Source: Asterionella formosa
Taxonomy: Eukaryota
DNA length: 64,000 nt
Reading direction: 5' to 3'
Assembly (NCBI GenBank): GCA_002256025.1
Contig: NKIB01012814.1
Coordinates: forward strand, 1 to 64,000
Below are positions 1-12,500 of this stretch, one piece after another (position 1 is the first letter of the stretch; each line of letters opens with the position of its first letter). Below the pieces are notes generated by a model. The model searched no databases and was not told where the DNA came from. It worked only from the letters and a program-made list of their open reading frames with translations. A program made the position numbers and the translations under genes.

Positions 1-1054
1 AGGGAAAGAATATTCTTGCTCCCCCCGCCGACGTGGGTGGTTGTGGCATTATGCCCAACTTTACGCGAGCAACCACCGACAACGATCGCGGCGGCATTGA
101 ACTCTTGCTTGGTTTTGTTTTGCCTGCTCATTTTAGGATATTGAGTCCATTAATTCTAAGGCTTTATGGATTCATCAAAGGATTCGGAAATCTTTCTCAT
201 TCTTGGTGGTGGAATTTATTTGGATTTGCACCCAATATGCTCCCTGCTCTTTATTGCGAAGATTTTTATGTACATATAATAGAGGATCACCTAATTATTG
301 TTGTCAATCTTGAGATTAAAAAACAAAACACTTCAATGGTGATACTCAAGCAACGAATTGTTTATTGCATCTACGAGAATGGGCATATATCTGTCGACAT
401 TAAGGTCATGCCTGATATCAAGTTGAAGGATATCCCTTCTCTCCCTCGCGTCGGCATGATGGCAATACTGGACTCGTCGATGTACAACATGATGTATTAT
501 GGACGCGGTCCTGTTGAGAACTACCCTGATCGAAAGGCTGGGACTGAGGTCGGCGTTTACACGTCAACTGCAAAAGACAACGAATTTAATTATATTGTTC
601 CAAGCGAAAATGGTAACAAGAGCAACTGTCGATGGGTTTCTTTTTTTGATAGCACTGGGAGTGGTTTGTGTATCGTGTCTGATATGGAGTCAGATGATCT
701 GAATATTGGGGCTAGTTTGAATAGTCAAATTGAGCTCCAAAATGCGTTGCACACATGTGATCTGGAGCCAAGAGGGAACGGTGAAGGGCCTATCTACGTC
801 AGTATTGATCACAGAATCATGGGCGTTGCTGGTGACGTGAGGTAAGTTCTATTTGGATCGGAAATGTATTCCTGATGTATAACCTCTCCTAGTATGCTTA
901 CGATATTGCATGTATTAGTTGGTTCCCCGCTGTTTATCCAGAGTTTTTGGTCAAGGCCGATCACGAGTTCAATTACAAGTTCTGGCTAGTTCCATTCGAG
1001 CAAATAACGATAGACTCCCTAGTAAAAGTTGCAAAGACCGTTGGAATGAATTGA
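1..1054 (+). CDS. Beta-galactosidase (GH2), C-terminal small-chain domain; 5' part lies outside the window. Exons <1-841 and 919-1054
   Basis: Motifs PNFTRATTDND, LPRVG, YYGRGPVENYPDRK, YIVPSENGNK, IDHRIMGVAGD. A GTAAG..TAG intron at 842-918 restores GDVSWFPAVYPEF and leads to TGA at 1052-1054. Confidence 0.9.
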
Positions 1055-1269
1055 TTTAAGTGAGCGTGCATCATTTTCTCAACAGATGTAATCTAACAGT
1101 ATATTGCTATCTTTTTGACGAACTGCAGCTCCGAAAACCATTCCTCAAATTCTCGTTAGATTGGTAGATATGTGTCTAGCAAATACCTAGTTAGGTTATC
1201 AACATTTCGTTAGGTGACGGACAGAACTACTTTTCTTAATGCAGTTTCACTCGACTTTCAACGAGAAAC

Positions 1270-4200
1270 TCATAATGTCGAACTTTGAGATCCCAACTCA
1301 TTTTGGCGCATATGATCTGATCCGCCAGGCACGGGCCTACTATTTGGAGACACGAAAGATTGTCCTCCTATCACCACGCCTCCTGGGTGTCGTTGATTCG
1401 AAAGATGAGCATGAAATCGCTCTAATAACATGTACTGTTAAAATGCGAAGTGCACATGTGAGAACAAATTAGTGATAGCAATGACGGAAAGTCGCAAAGG
1501 GACGCACCTGTCGTTCGGCAGCTGCCGCCGATTCTTGTTCTGATTGCTCATTTTCCAGCAGAGAAGCCAAGTGTCCATATGATGGCCCATGCGACATGGC
1601 TCCAAGTCTTCCCAACATGCTGCCAGACACACTAAGATCAGGGTCCAGTGTAGATCGGTTAAGCATCCTTTGAAGCTCGGTTGATAGGCCAGCATCAGCG
1701 TAGTGTAGAATACTTAATGCAGCCGAGTTTGGGCTTGGCGATCGAAGGGGCCGAAGCGATGCTTGTGTTGTTGAGGACTGGGTCTCGTCAAAGTCAGGTG
1801 ATGATGCAAATGGTAGTGGAGTAAGCTCTCGCTGTCGTGTTGGCTGCTCTAAGGTAGAAAAATGATTGACCATCGGCGGTGTTCTCATTTGTGAGTCGTT
1901 CTGGATTTGTCTAGCTGGCGTAAGAGGAACCAGAGGGGGCTGTGTCGTTCTTGCCGGAGCCCCGCCGCCGCTGTCTGCCCCTCCTGTTGCTCTAGTAACT
2001 GCAGCTCGTTGCCGTAGATACGATTCATTTAATCGAGAAATTCCACTTGTTATTGCGGGATCAACTCTTTTTGATTGTTGTTCCATCTGGATGAGTGTCT
2101 CCAACTGTTTAGCGGCTGCTTCCATGTGGTGTTCTTGTTCTCGGGCCAAAGCTTCAGCTTCAATCTCTCGAAAATTCTCAAGCCGATCCACAAGGGTTTG
2201 TCCAGACACAGTCGCCTTCCAGCTTGGATGCGTCGCCTTAAAACTGAAAAATGATTTCTCCATTTTTCCCATGAATGCCTTTGGCGTTGGATGGAGTCTG
2301 ATTGCCGCTTCGACGTCATGCATTTCATGAACTGAGGCAGAAATGCTGCCAGATAAATCGGCCTTCCCCATGGTCCTACCCTCCCATGTTTCGTCTCCAA
2401 ACTTGTCAAAGTCAAAGGTAGCATAACCACAAACTTCTCCAGCTCCAGGTACTTCAGCCTTGATGGCCATGACAAATTCGCAAATGGATTCAGCGCATCG
2501 TGGTAACGACACGCAAAGAACAATGGGTGCAAGTATAACTGAAACAACCTCAAATGCAAATAGTTTTGCTTTGTACATGAACATTGCGGAGACTTGGTTA
2601 TATACACTCTTTTCCCAACCGCGCCCATTCCAAATATCAGGAAAGAAATGAGTATGAACTGCAACATGTGAAAGGCAGTTGTCAATCTCGGCAAAAAGGT
2701 TGCGAGTGTATCTGGGGTGAATCTTTGGATCTGGGAGCATAGCCTTTCCTGTCGAGTAAATTACTCCTAGCATGCCGACATACCATAGAAGATTCCAATC
2801 ACCAATCTTGACATGAAGTAAAATAGCATCGTTAATTGCAGCAAAGACCAATAAAACTGCTCCAAGTGAACCACCCAAAAGCGCCAAAATTCGTCCAATG
2901 GTCGTCACAATTTCAGACTGAGTAAAAAGGTTCAAATAATTTTCTGTGGCTTTATATGAAGGCTCAAGGCGACGCTCAAGAAAGTGTGGCAATTCGTTGA
3001 ATTCACGCAGCAACCACTTTGCACTCAGGCTCCATTCTTTTGGGCCCATGTATTGTTTGGTTGACTTCCAATCATAGAGGTTTTGCATGCCAAAGTGAAG
3101 GGTCATGAAGAACAGTAGAAATGGCATAAACACAACATGAGCAATTCCACATAGCATGAATCGTCTCTTGAGAGAAATTGGATCCAAATAAAATGCAGGT
3201 CGAACCAGATACTTGTGATTGAACATGTAGTTCAAGACACAGAAATAGACACTCCATTCCAGTGACTTGGAGAAGAAGGTTCCTGGAATAAGTGGCAAGC
3301 TAAAATCTAACATGTTGCGATTGAATAAGGCAATCAAGAAATTTTCTTTTCGGAGGATACGTTGGGCAATCACCAGGCCATCCAACTCTCCGTTATGAAT
3401 GGCCACTCTGTATTCCCCACTATTCTGTAAGTCCACAATCTTTTGAACTACGTCTCGATCCCATTCAATTGCACCGCCTTCGAGCTTGTGTTGAAAAATT
3501 CCAAGACGCTCTTCAAAGAAGGCTCTTGATTCTAGGGCATCTTTGATTGTGTGTAGAAAGGACCAGACTGCGAAAACTCCGTAGCAGGTAAAGAGAAGGC
3601 AATACAAAATCACAATTGAGTTCCAGAGGCTGAATTTCGAAAATGGGCTAGTAATTAGGTACTCTCCAAATGTTTTTTTGCAGGATGCTTCATTCGTGCA
3701 GCTTGATAATTCGTTCCAATCAACGTAAGCAAACAGAAAAACAGAAAGCGCCAGCGTGAGGAACAGCGACACTAATTCGACGATGCCTTTGCAAAGTATC
3801 GGCATCAATCCTCGATGGTAGTAGTAATTGTAGAGAGACTGTTTAAAAATTAAAAAATGAGAAATCTCGTTGAAAGCGTAAACACAATGTGCCATTACAT
3901 GTCGACGTACCGTGAAGAACAAATCTAAATTAGCAACGGCCCCCCAACCATCTCGTCGGGGCAGGAGCCGAAATCGTTCCAAAAACACGAATTCGCTACG
4001 TCCAGCGCCAAGGTGGCTGCTTCCCGAAGCGAATTCCTCATATCCGTAGACTTGCTCTCCCAGCAACGGATCCGCCCTCGACTCGTCTTGAATCCCAAAA
4101 TCAGCCAGGTTTTGCGGCGGCTGGTCCACGGTGTGAACGGGTCGGTAGATTGCAGCGGAAGCGACCGACCTTAGGTTGGTGGCGGCATTATGCAGAGCTT

Positions 4201-4383
4201 GGAGGGCCATGCTTCCACGTGACGGATGTGCCATGTGCTGTTGAATCTCGCGGGATTGTTGATGTGAGAGTTCTGATTGTGTTCGATGGGAGCAGGTGTG
4301 AGCGAGCAGTGCATACTGCCTTCCTCCGTGTCGGCACCTTTTGCCTTACCATCCCACAGTCTATCATCGTCGTGTGTTACCAT
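1270..4383 (-). CDS. ATG9: Autophagy-related protein 9. Exons 4383-4350, 4272-3911, 3838-1508, 1434-1270
   Basis: ATG9 motifs NLDLFF..LYNYY, IAQRILRKENFLIA, REFNELPHFLERRL, GEVCGYATFDF, GKMEKSFFSF, plus TM segments. Three GT-AG introns (4349-4273, 3910-3839, 1507-1435) join MVTHDDDRLWDELSHQ.. in frame to a last exon YMLLERFH..SSTL*. Confidence 0.93.
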
Positions 4384-5437
4384 GCAGCCTATAAAATAGC
4401 AGCAAGTACCATTAGCAGTGAATAATGTTGAGACGAGTCAGGGAGGTGGATTGAGGATGAAGTAAACTATACCGGTATTAAACCCTGGCTTACTATGACC
4501 GATACGAACAAGATTGACTCAAAGCAACAGACACCTGTGTTAATTAGATCACGTATCATACTTCTTCCAGTCTGACGGGCATCCTCGTACGTAGGTCTTA
4601 CCTTGTAGGAGTACCAGTACCAGGCACTACTAGAAACCAGAACTGCTGTCTTGTACAGCTAGCCTTCGTGCTAATTTTCGATACTTAATCAGGGCAGAAA
4701 AATAGGGAGTTTTGTCTCCCCAAAAATTGTGCTATCAAGAAAAGAGGACGCTTGTACGAACCGCTTGTTTGTTTGATCCTGTGAATCATTTGTCGTCGCA
4801 TGCACATATGTACCGGTCCAACTATACATCATTCGGCCAATATGCAAACCCCCTTCTGAGTGATCTAAAACATCAATCTCGTTAACAAGCTTCGTGTCAT
4901 CTTGGGAACGCACCATTTGACTCATTGATCTAGTTGTGACTCGATATAGCCATTGACGCTATATTCTTGGCATCCACCTTGTTGCTGTGTCCAAGAAGAA
5001 CCAAATTAGTACCACTCAATACAGTTCCAGATGGCCTTGTATAAATCTGCTCTTTGACATTCTTGGTCATACTAATGCCAGCTGGAGTATTTTCTGATAG
5101 TCTAAAAATAATAAGTAACTCACCCTCATCTGCCTATCATGTTCTTGATGTGGTGAAAGTTAATATTGATATACTTTGTTTGTGTTCCAATCTGTTGATT
5201 TTTTGCTTTAAAAATAACTTCCAGTTTTATCTTCATGTAGAACCAAAGGATTTTTTGCTACTTTGTAATTGTATTTGATGTAGCCTTTATTTTACTTGCC
5301 TTTATAATTAGCAAAAAATGTGGTTACATATTTACATGGGAGACATATGTATCCCATATCATAACATCTTCCCTGTTGGTGAAGATAATTCAGTGGCCCA
5401 AATCATAGCCCATGCTGGTAAACTGACTCCCCATATA

Positions 5438-8400
5438 TCATCTGCAAATAAAAAGTATCTTGCATATAGGATCAAGGGTATCGTACGCTAAGTGGCACAG
5501 GATTTTCATATATATGATAATTTTTGGATCAAAACTATGATTAAGGTATCCTGTAATTATGATGATTTATTAATATTTTACCGATCTTGAAGTATAATGA
5601 TAATAAGAACATTATCGTTGTCACACAATGTATATCAACTGATCAACAACATTTCTCATCAATACCATAAACTTTCTCATTTTATTTTCACTTCTTCTTA
5701 TGATTGCCAAATGTAAATTATTACTACAACGCATCCTAACATCAGCTAAACTCTATGCTATCATGTGAATTGTTTCATCGTAAATCTATCTTAAACATGA
5801 TCATAATTCTAATCACAAGCATTATTCAAAATAGATTGAAATGAATCGTAACTTAACTATCAAATTTAGCAATGCTCTCTATGATTCTACAGGACAGCAT
5901 CCCAATGTTTCTCTCTCTACTCGGCTCAATGTATATTGTTCCTGTCTTGCCCTTTTATTCCTCTATTCTGAATCTTGTGCCAAGCAGTGCCATACTAATG
6001 TTGCGTCTCTTTCCCTGCTGTTAGTGTCATTCTGAATTCGCCGACTATTCCGTTGTTTGATCGGCTTTATTGTCCTATGCAGTTAGAGTAACAATAGTCA
6101 CGAGAAGGAATGACTTGTTAGCTAGTCATGTTACACTGACACAACATCACGCCATTCCATTGTATCCTCTTGCTTGCTTCATTTTCCACAAATCAAATCA
6201 AGTGATGTATAAGTCTGTAATAGTAAATTGTCAGTAAATTCTTGAATAAGTATGTTTCAGGTATCCAATGTTGTCGAATAAAACTTACCGATTCATTTTT
6301 GTTAGCTTACCTTTGAGAGAAGGTAAACGTGTCCGTCAGTTATTTTCCAACAGAAGTGAAGAGGTCCAAAGACATTTTCACTTGCCAATTTTGTTTTGTT
6401 TTACATTGGTGCTCCCCAACAAGCGAAATGTGCTATTGAATCTACTGAGAAAAAAGGAAACGTGCGTTTAGTTTACAGTTTGTTGTTGTCCTTCCTCCCA
6501 ACGATTGTCATCCGAGTACCACATTGATCATGGCTTCATTACCTTAAACATAACTCCATCCTTCGAAGGCGCCATTTTTCGAAGCCACAATGTTTTTCGT
6601 CATTGCATAAACTTTCCTTTCTTGTCATGTGCTTTACTACGATATTTCTTTTCATGAAGCAGGCATTGTTTGTTAACATGACAGAACGATTTCAAATACA
6701 TTTGCCATGTATATAGTTATAAAATTTGTAAATATATAAATATATCAAGAGTCGTACATTTGTAAAATTCAAAGGCACTTTCAATATGGCATGTCTGGTA
6801 GCTATTGTTGAGATGATCAAATTTGCATATAGACAATTCGAAAATATTCAATGCACCATATGTCTATTGTTTTCCACGACTTCTTGTACCAGTACTGTTT
6901 CTGAAATTTGTTTGCATTCATATTTTCTATGTCTGTTGGAACTATTTATTAAACCATTCAATTGGAGAAAGTCACAACCCATCTGTATCATTATTTATAT
7001 GCAAGGATTTTGGAAGCAAATTATTAAAGCCCCTTTTTGGGCGGGAGATCTTCATGTGTACATCATATGATCATAACATTCTATCACATATATATATAGA
7101 GTACCAGTAGCTGGTAGGAAGATATATACTGGGGGCAGTCGGAGTAGTAAGCGAGCAACAGAACACCATATGTTCAGGACTGTTGCTACTGAATTCTTCT
7201 TCATTCTCAGCGATTTCAGGAGAATGAGGAGCAAAATACGACACTGGATGGAGCTGTGACTCTGTAGGAATAGAGTCTTCATCTGCGAAGAACAACTGTT
7301 TGGGTTTCCTCTTCGAAAGCAATCTTTCCTTCTTTTCAATCTCTGCCACTATTGTATCGGCATACTTCATTATTTTTCTCAACTTTTTCAAATTCATTTG
7401 ATCTTTGAGTGTAGCTTCTGAAAGGAATCTTCGATTGATTTCATAAGTTCTTCATCTTCTTTTCCGAAAACATAAAGGCGTGTAGTGTAAACGACGGAAG
7501 TAAGTCACGTTTCTTGTTTGACTGATCCCCTGCATGAAATCCATGAAATGCCATTTGGAAAGTTGTCAAAGAGCCAGAAGAGTATGATGTAAAACAGTGG
7601 AAGAGAAACACGGAGCTTTTGCGGCGCTTGTGAAGGTGCAACTGGTGTGATGGTAACCGAGTGTAGTAATTGTTAAACAGAGCACAGTATAATAGTATGC
7701 ATCTTCCGCCAGCGTAGTGTTTACACAATACATATGCCGGCATAAATACAGCTATAACAAGGAAAAACGACACGACAATGACCGTGATGGCTGGTTGTTG
7801 AGGATACCGGTGTGGGATATGCATCAATCCATAGTAGCACAAATCACATTATGGTGATGTACATATCAACGCATCCGTATACTTAGATCCTATCATATTA
7901 GCTGTTGGCTTTTACTGTATACATTAAAAGTCGAATATATATATTAAGTAACATACTTTATGATTTATTTATTTATTTTCTACGATGTATTGATAGCGCT
8001 TGCGTACATGTTTTATCGTATTTTATTATCATATTATTATTTTAACATAATCATATTTTGATTAAAGATATATCATAAACATTTTATTATATCATCATAG
8101 CTCTATGACCAATCTATCATAGCTATGTGATATACTTTATTCAATATAACATATCATACTTTGGTGATGTATGCATCGATGCAACCCTATCGTGATATCA
8201 CATTATCATCTTATCAATCATTCAATTTTGATTGGGAACTGTATTCTGCATCGTACTACGGAGAATGATATTATAACACGCACTTTAGTAGCTAAGTTAC
8301 TCCTGTAATTTACACAAGTCGATAGTGCACGTACACACACGCTTATCAGCTTTGAGGCAATGGACAGTGGTTCCAACGAGCGAATGATGATACCGTGTGT

Positions 8401-9538
8401 ACCAATTTTTCCAGCGGCAAACCGCAATGGTGAAAGACACTTGTCCCTCTATTGATGAGGATGACACGGACACCGACTTTTCCAGGAGCAAACAACAATG
8501 AAGAAACCCACTTGTCGCTCTATTGATGGTAACAAAGATGCGGACAAGTTCAACAGTGAATACAAGAACAACATACCAATGAAAACAAGGCGGCAGTGTG
8601 TGTATGCACACGCCAAGCAGGTTTGAGGCGACAGACAGTTCCAACAAGCAAATGACGATACAGATATCAAATTTTTCCTATGGCAAACCACAATGATAAT
8701 GATGAAGGATATTCGTCCCTCTATTGTTGATGATACGGATAACGGGTTTTCCAGGAGCAAACAACAATGATGAGAGCCACTTGCTTTCGCTCTATTGATG
8801 GTATCAAAGATGCGGACAAGTTCAAAAGTAAATACAAGTACAGCATGCCAAATGCAGAAACGAGCGACATGAAAAAGAAATTGTAATCAGAATGATTCTA
8901 TAACTATAGCTATGTGGACAGTAGTCTGTTACATTTTCGTATCTCCTTCTATGCTGAATCTCAATAGTATATGTAGTATCATGTGAGAATTGAAAATGTC
9001 AACAAGAACAAGTAGAATGTGTTTGTTGACGGGTTGATTAGCGAAATTGTAATGCTGGTGGTCGACGAAACGGATTCACAATGTTTGCTTTGTGCAGAAC
9101 CATTACGAGTTCGAAAGATTTCTTCTCTGTAAAATCTTCATTGAACGATTATGAAAACAGGTTAACTGCACATGACGATTACTCAAAGATATAATGATCA
9201 CTTGACCAAAAATTGAAGACTTTATTGCAAACAATCATTCCACTTGTCATCATTGCTAGTATTTCGTTGTTGTTGCAAAAATCGGAGTGATGACGGATGG
9301 AAATGACAAGCCAAATTACATTACTTTAGCTGGTATATTGTTGGACCAAGAAATTCAAATACAGGAATCTAATAGAAACAATACATATAATAACTAAATA
9401 TACATACTTAAAAGGGTTACTATTTAATTTACAAGGGCATTTATCAAAATTATTAGATGATATAACGAAAAATTATGATCAGATGATCACAATCCTATGA
9501 TGCATCATGGAAATATGATAGTTTTTATTTGCAGACAC
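5438..9538. mobile_element. Non-autonomous PIF/Harbinger-like element with both ends; TIR consensus about GCGTCTGCAAATAAAAA
   Basis: TCATCTGCAAATAAAAA at 5438 and TTTTTATTTGCAGACAC ending at 9538. 5440-6320 matches, inverted, 34140-35659, which leads into a Harbinger-type transposase. 8650-9538 matches 44697-45566. TSD not resolved. Confidence 0.7.
8385..8850. repeat. Imperfect ~265-bp tandem duplication with ~60-bp subrepeats inside the element
   Basis: TTTTCCAGGAGCAAACAACAATGA and CGCTCTATTGATGGTA(A/T)CAAAGATGCGGACAAGTTCAA each occur twice. Confidence 0.7.
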
Positions 9539-9539
9539 A

Positions 9540-12500
9540 GCTGTGGTCCGCCATGATACCCTAACTGTTGGCCTTCCCTCTCTCGCCTCTAATCCCTTTG
9601 CCCCCCCTGTCCGCGCTGGACAACATTGATTGCCCTGATGGACAGTTTTCGTATCTAGAGCACAATGATAACCCTGGTTCAGCTCCCACCCCTCTCAGCT
9701 CGGCCTGCTGGACCGCCCTCTCTACCTCTCACAGTGGGTGTCTTGGCACGCTCCGCCATTCTCTCACTGTCGCCGACAAGTTCTGTCCTGACTCTGGCGC
9801 CTGTGGACATGTTTCCAAACCGCCTCTGTTTCACCGATGACACCCCCCTCTCTTACTACTTCGTCCGTGTGGCCAACAACCACCAGACCCCTGACCTGGG
9901 CAAAGGCACCATCTCCATCCCCCAGCTTGGTGCCACACCTGTTGTCCACCTGACTAACTGTCTCCATGTACCCAACCTCAACATAACCATCCTCCTCTCC
10001 ATGATCCGTGTCCACCATCGCCATGGTCCTGGCTGATGCTACGGGTTGTTTCCTTACATTCCCTACCTTGTTTCTCCCCATGGATGACTCCTCCGACTGT
10101 CTCCTCCCCTATTATCCTGCCCCCATGCCTCCCAGTTCTCCTATGACGACACTCTGGCTCTCCTGTCTCCGCCATGCTCCCTCCGTCCCATGGCTCAACT
10201 TACTCACAAACGCTCATCCATTATCCGCCCCATGATTTGGCCGGTCCACCACCGCGTTTTGCCTGGTGTTCAACCTCTTAGCACAGACCCCTCCCTCCTC
10301 TGCCCTGTCCAATCCCAGTCCCCTCCTCCGCTGTCAACACCTTCCTCTCCCGCTATCATAACATGTGAACGCCCCGAATTTTTTGGCCCTTGCCTCCGCC
10401 GATTCTCTTCCCATGAGCGAGCTGAACCGCTAATTTCGCAATTTTTCTGTGTTCCTTCAAGTGGCTAATCGGATTATTCTCTCTGAAAAATCTGAACCTC
10501 GCCATTGGTGATGTCGTCGACATGAAACGCAACGCGACCCCTCCGGTTATCATCTTCCCCGTCCCACTACCATCCTCCATCGTGTTGGCATTGATATCGG
10601 TTATGGCGATGGCGTCAGCCCTGGTGGCTACCGTTACTGCCTCATGCTGGTTGACCAATTTAGCAGAAAGACGTGATGCTATGGTCTCAAAGACCTTGCC
10701 AGCTTCTTTGTTGACTCCGTTAGGTTCCCACGTGTCCTTCAATTCGACTTCGACCACAAATTCCTTGGTGGCCCAACATACAAGCTCCTTGTATTCAAGG
10801 GCGCCGCCCACGTCAACGCTTCTGCCCCCTATATGCAATCCTAGAATGAGCTTGTTGAATCCCATTGGCGCATCGACGTCTCCTTGGCTCAGTCGTCCCT
10901 TTTGGCCGAGGCCAGTCTTACAGAGCGTTACTGGTTCTGGGCCGTCTGTGAAGCCTCTCTTTGCATGAACATGGTCGCATGCCTCCATGGTACTACCACC
11001 GCATATACTACCGCCTTTGAACTTTTCTATGGCATTAAGCCCGATCTCTGGACCCTCTTTTCATTTGGATGTATTGGTAACTATCGCCGCCCCTATGACA
11101 GCACCAGCCAGGTGGGGGGGGGGGCGCACCAACTTTGAAAGCCAAAGTTTCACTGGCATTGCCATAGGCTGGGCCAACACTGCCAATGGCATGCTGTTTT
11201 GGAACCCCACCCTTAGCCGATTCTGTGTCTTGGCGGATTACACTCTTGATGCCACCCAATCCATTGCTGACCCTTTCCCTGATATCACCAATGATTGTGG
11301 TCTCCACCTCCGGCTGTATACAGACTGCACCACCACTGCCTCAGAACCATACCCCCCTGGCTGCACCATATTTGTCCGCTTAAACACACAGGGCCATGTC
11401 GTGGCTGAAAGCTTAGTTAACTCCATGCCCACCACCTCTGTTCTTGCTTCCTACACCATCGATCTTCTGGATGGTGCCTCCATCAAAACCTCCTTCTCCA
11501 ACCTGATTTCCCCTGCCAAGGCCATCAATCCGGACTTCTCCCACCTCCCCCCTGATTGTCTTGACGGCGACCCCCCGGCTCCTCTCCTTCCCCCTGAGTG
11601 ACTGTCGGTGCCAAAATCACTCTTGCCCTGGATGACACCTTCATTTGGGGTACTACTCTGGACATTGATTATGATTTTGACTTGCTCTTTGTCCGCCGGA
11701 ACTCGGCCGGCCAAATCATTTTCACCAACATAGCGTGCTTGGTGGACCTTCCGTACACCTGGCGCCAGCGCCTCCACGAAGGAACCCTGTTCACTGGCTG
11801 GAACAACCTTCCTCCCCTTGGCCCCTCAACCACCATCCTGGGCAATGGCCATCATGTTTCTGCCGCCACCCTCCACCATCCCTGCCCTTTCACGCACGCT
11901 GGCATGCGCCTTTCTTCCCACCTTCCCCAACCGCCTACCAGGAGGAATATGACTCTCTTTGTGCTCAGCAGACCTTCACCATCATCACCCCAGCCGACCT
12001 CTCCCTCCTTACCTGTAAGGTCCTTACGTGGATGACGGTCCTCACTGTCAAACGTGATGAACTCGGCCACCCCACCTGTGCAAAAGCCCGGATTGTTGTC
12101 TCAGGTAACCTGAAGGACACCTACTGGACCAAGTCAGACATGTATGCGAAAGAATACATTTTTTTCATAAAAGTGTCCGAAAATGGATAAAACATCAGTC
12201 AGGGGAGTTCATGATCATTTCCGCGATGCGAAGCGTAAAGAACAAGCAGTCTATTGTTGAATGGCTTAAAGTATGTCTATAGTAAGCTGTCAAAAGACCT
12301 TATCAAGATTCCATAGAAATATGAATCACGACAATTATTGTGCACATGAAAGTCATTACAAAACTGATGTTGAGGAATTTGTTGCATCTTGAAATGTTGT
12401 ACCTTCTCCAAGAATACTGTCGCTCAGGTTTTCTCATCTATTTCTACAAAACATAGGAAACCTTATCTAGTAGTCAAAGTTATCAAGCTAGTGACTGCGG

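Noticed and set aside
4171..4383. Separate 70-aa gene or uORF upstream of ATG9
   Set aside because: Its first 34 nt are ATG9 exon 1; splicing 4349-4273 joins it in frame.
1..4383. Functional gene cluster (beta-galactosidase, ATG9, plus distant ligase and ceramide synthase)
   Set aside because: Unrelated housekeeping genes separated by transposon DNA; nothing in the sequence supports co-regulation.
10356..10988. 210-aa minus-strand ORF and other antisense ORFs over Copia, ATG9 and the RBR gene
   Set aside because: Shadow frames of real or decayed coding sequence with no recognisable motifs.
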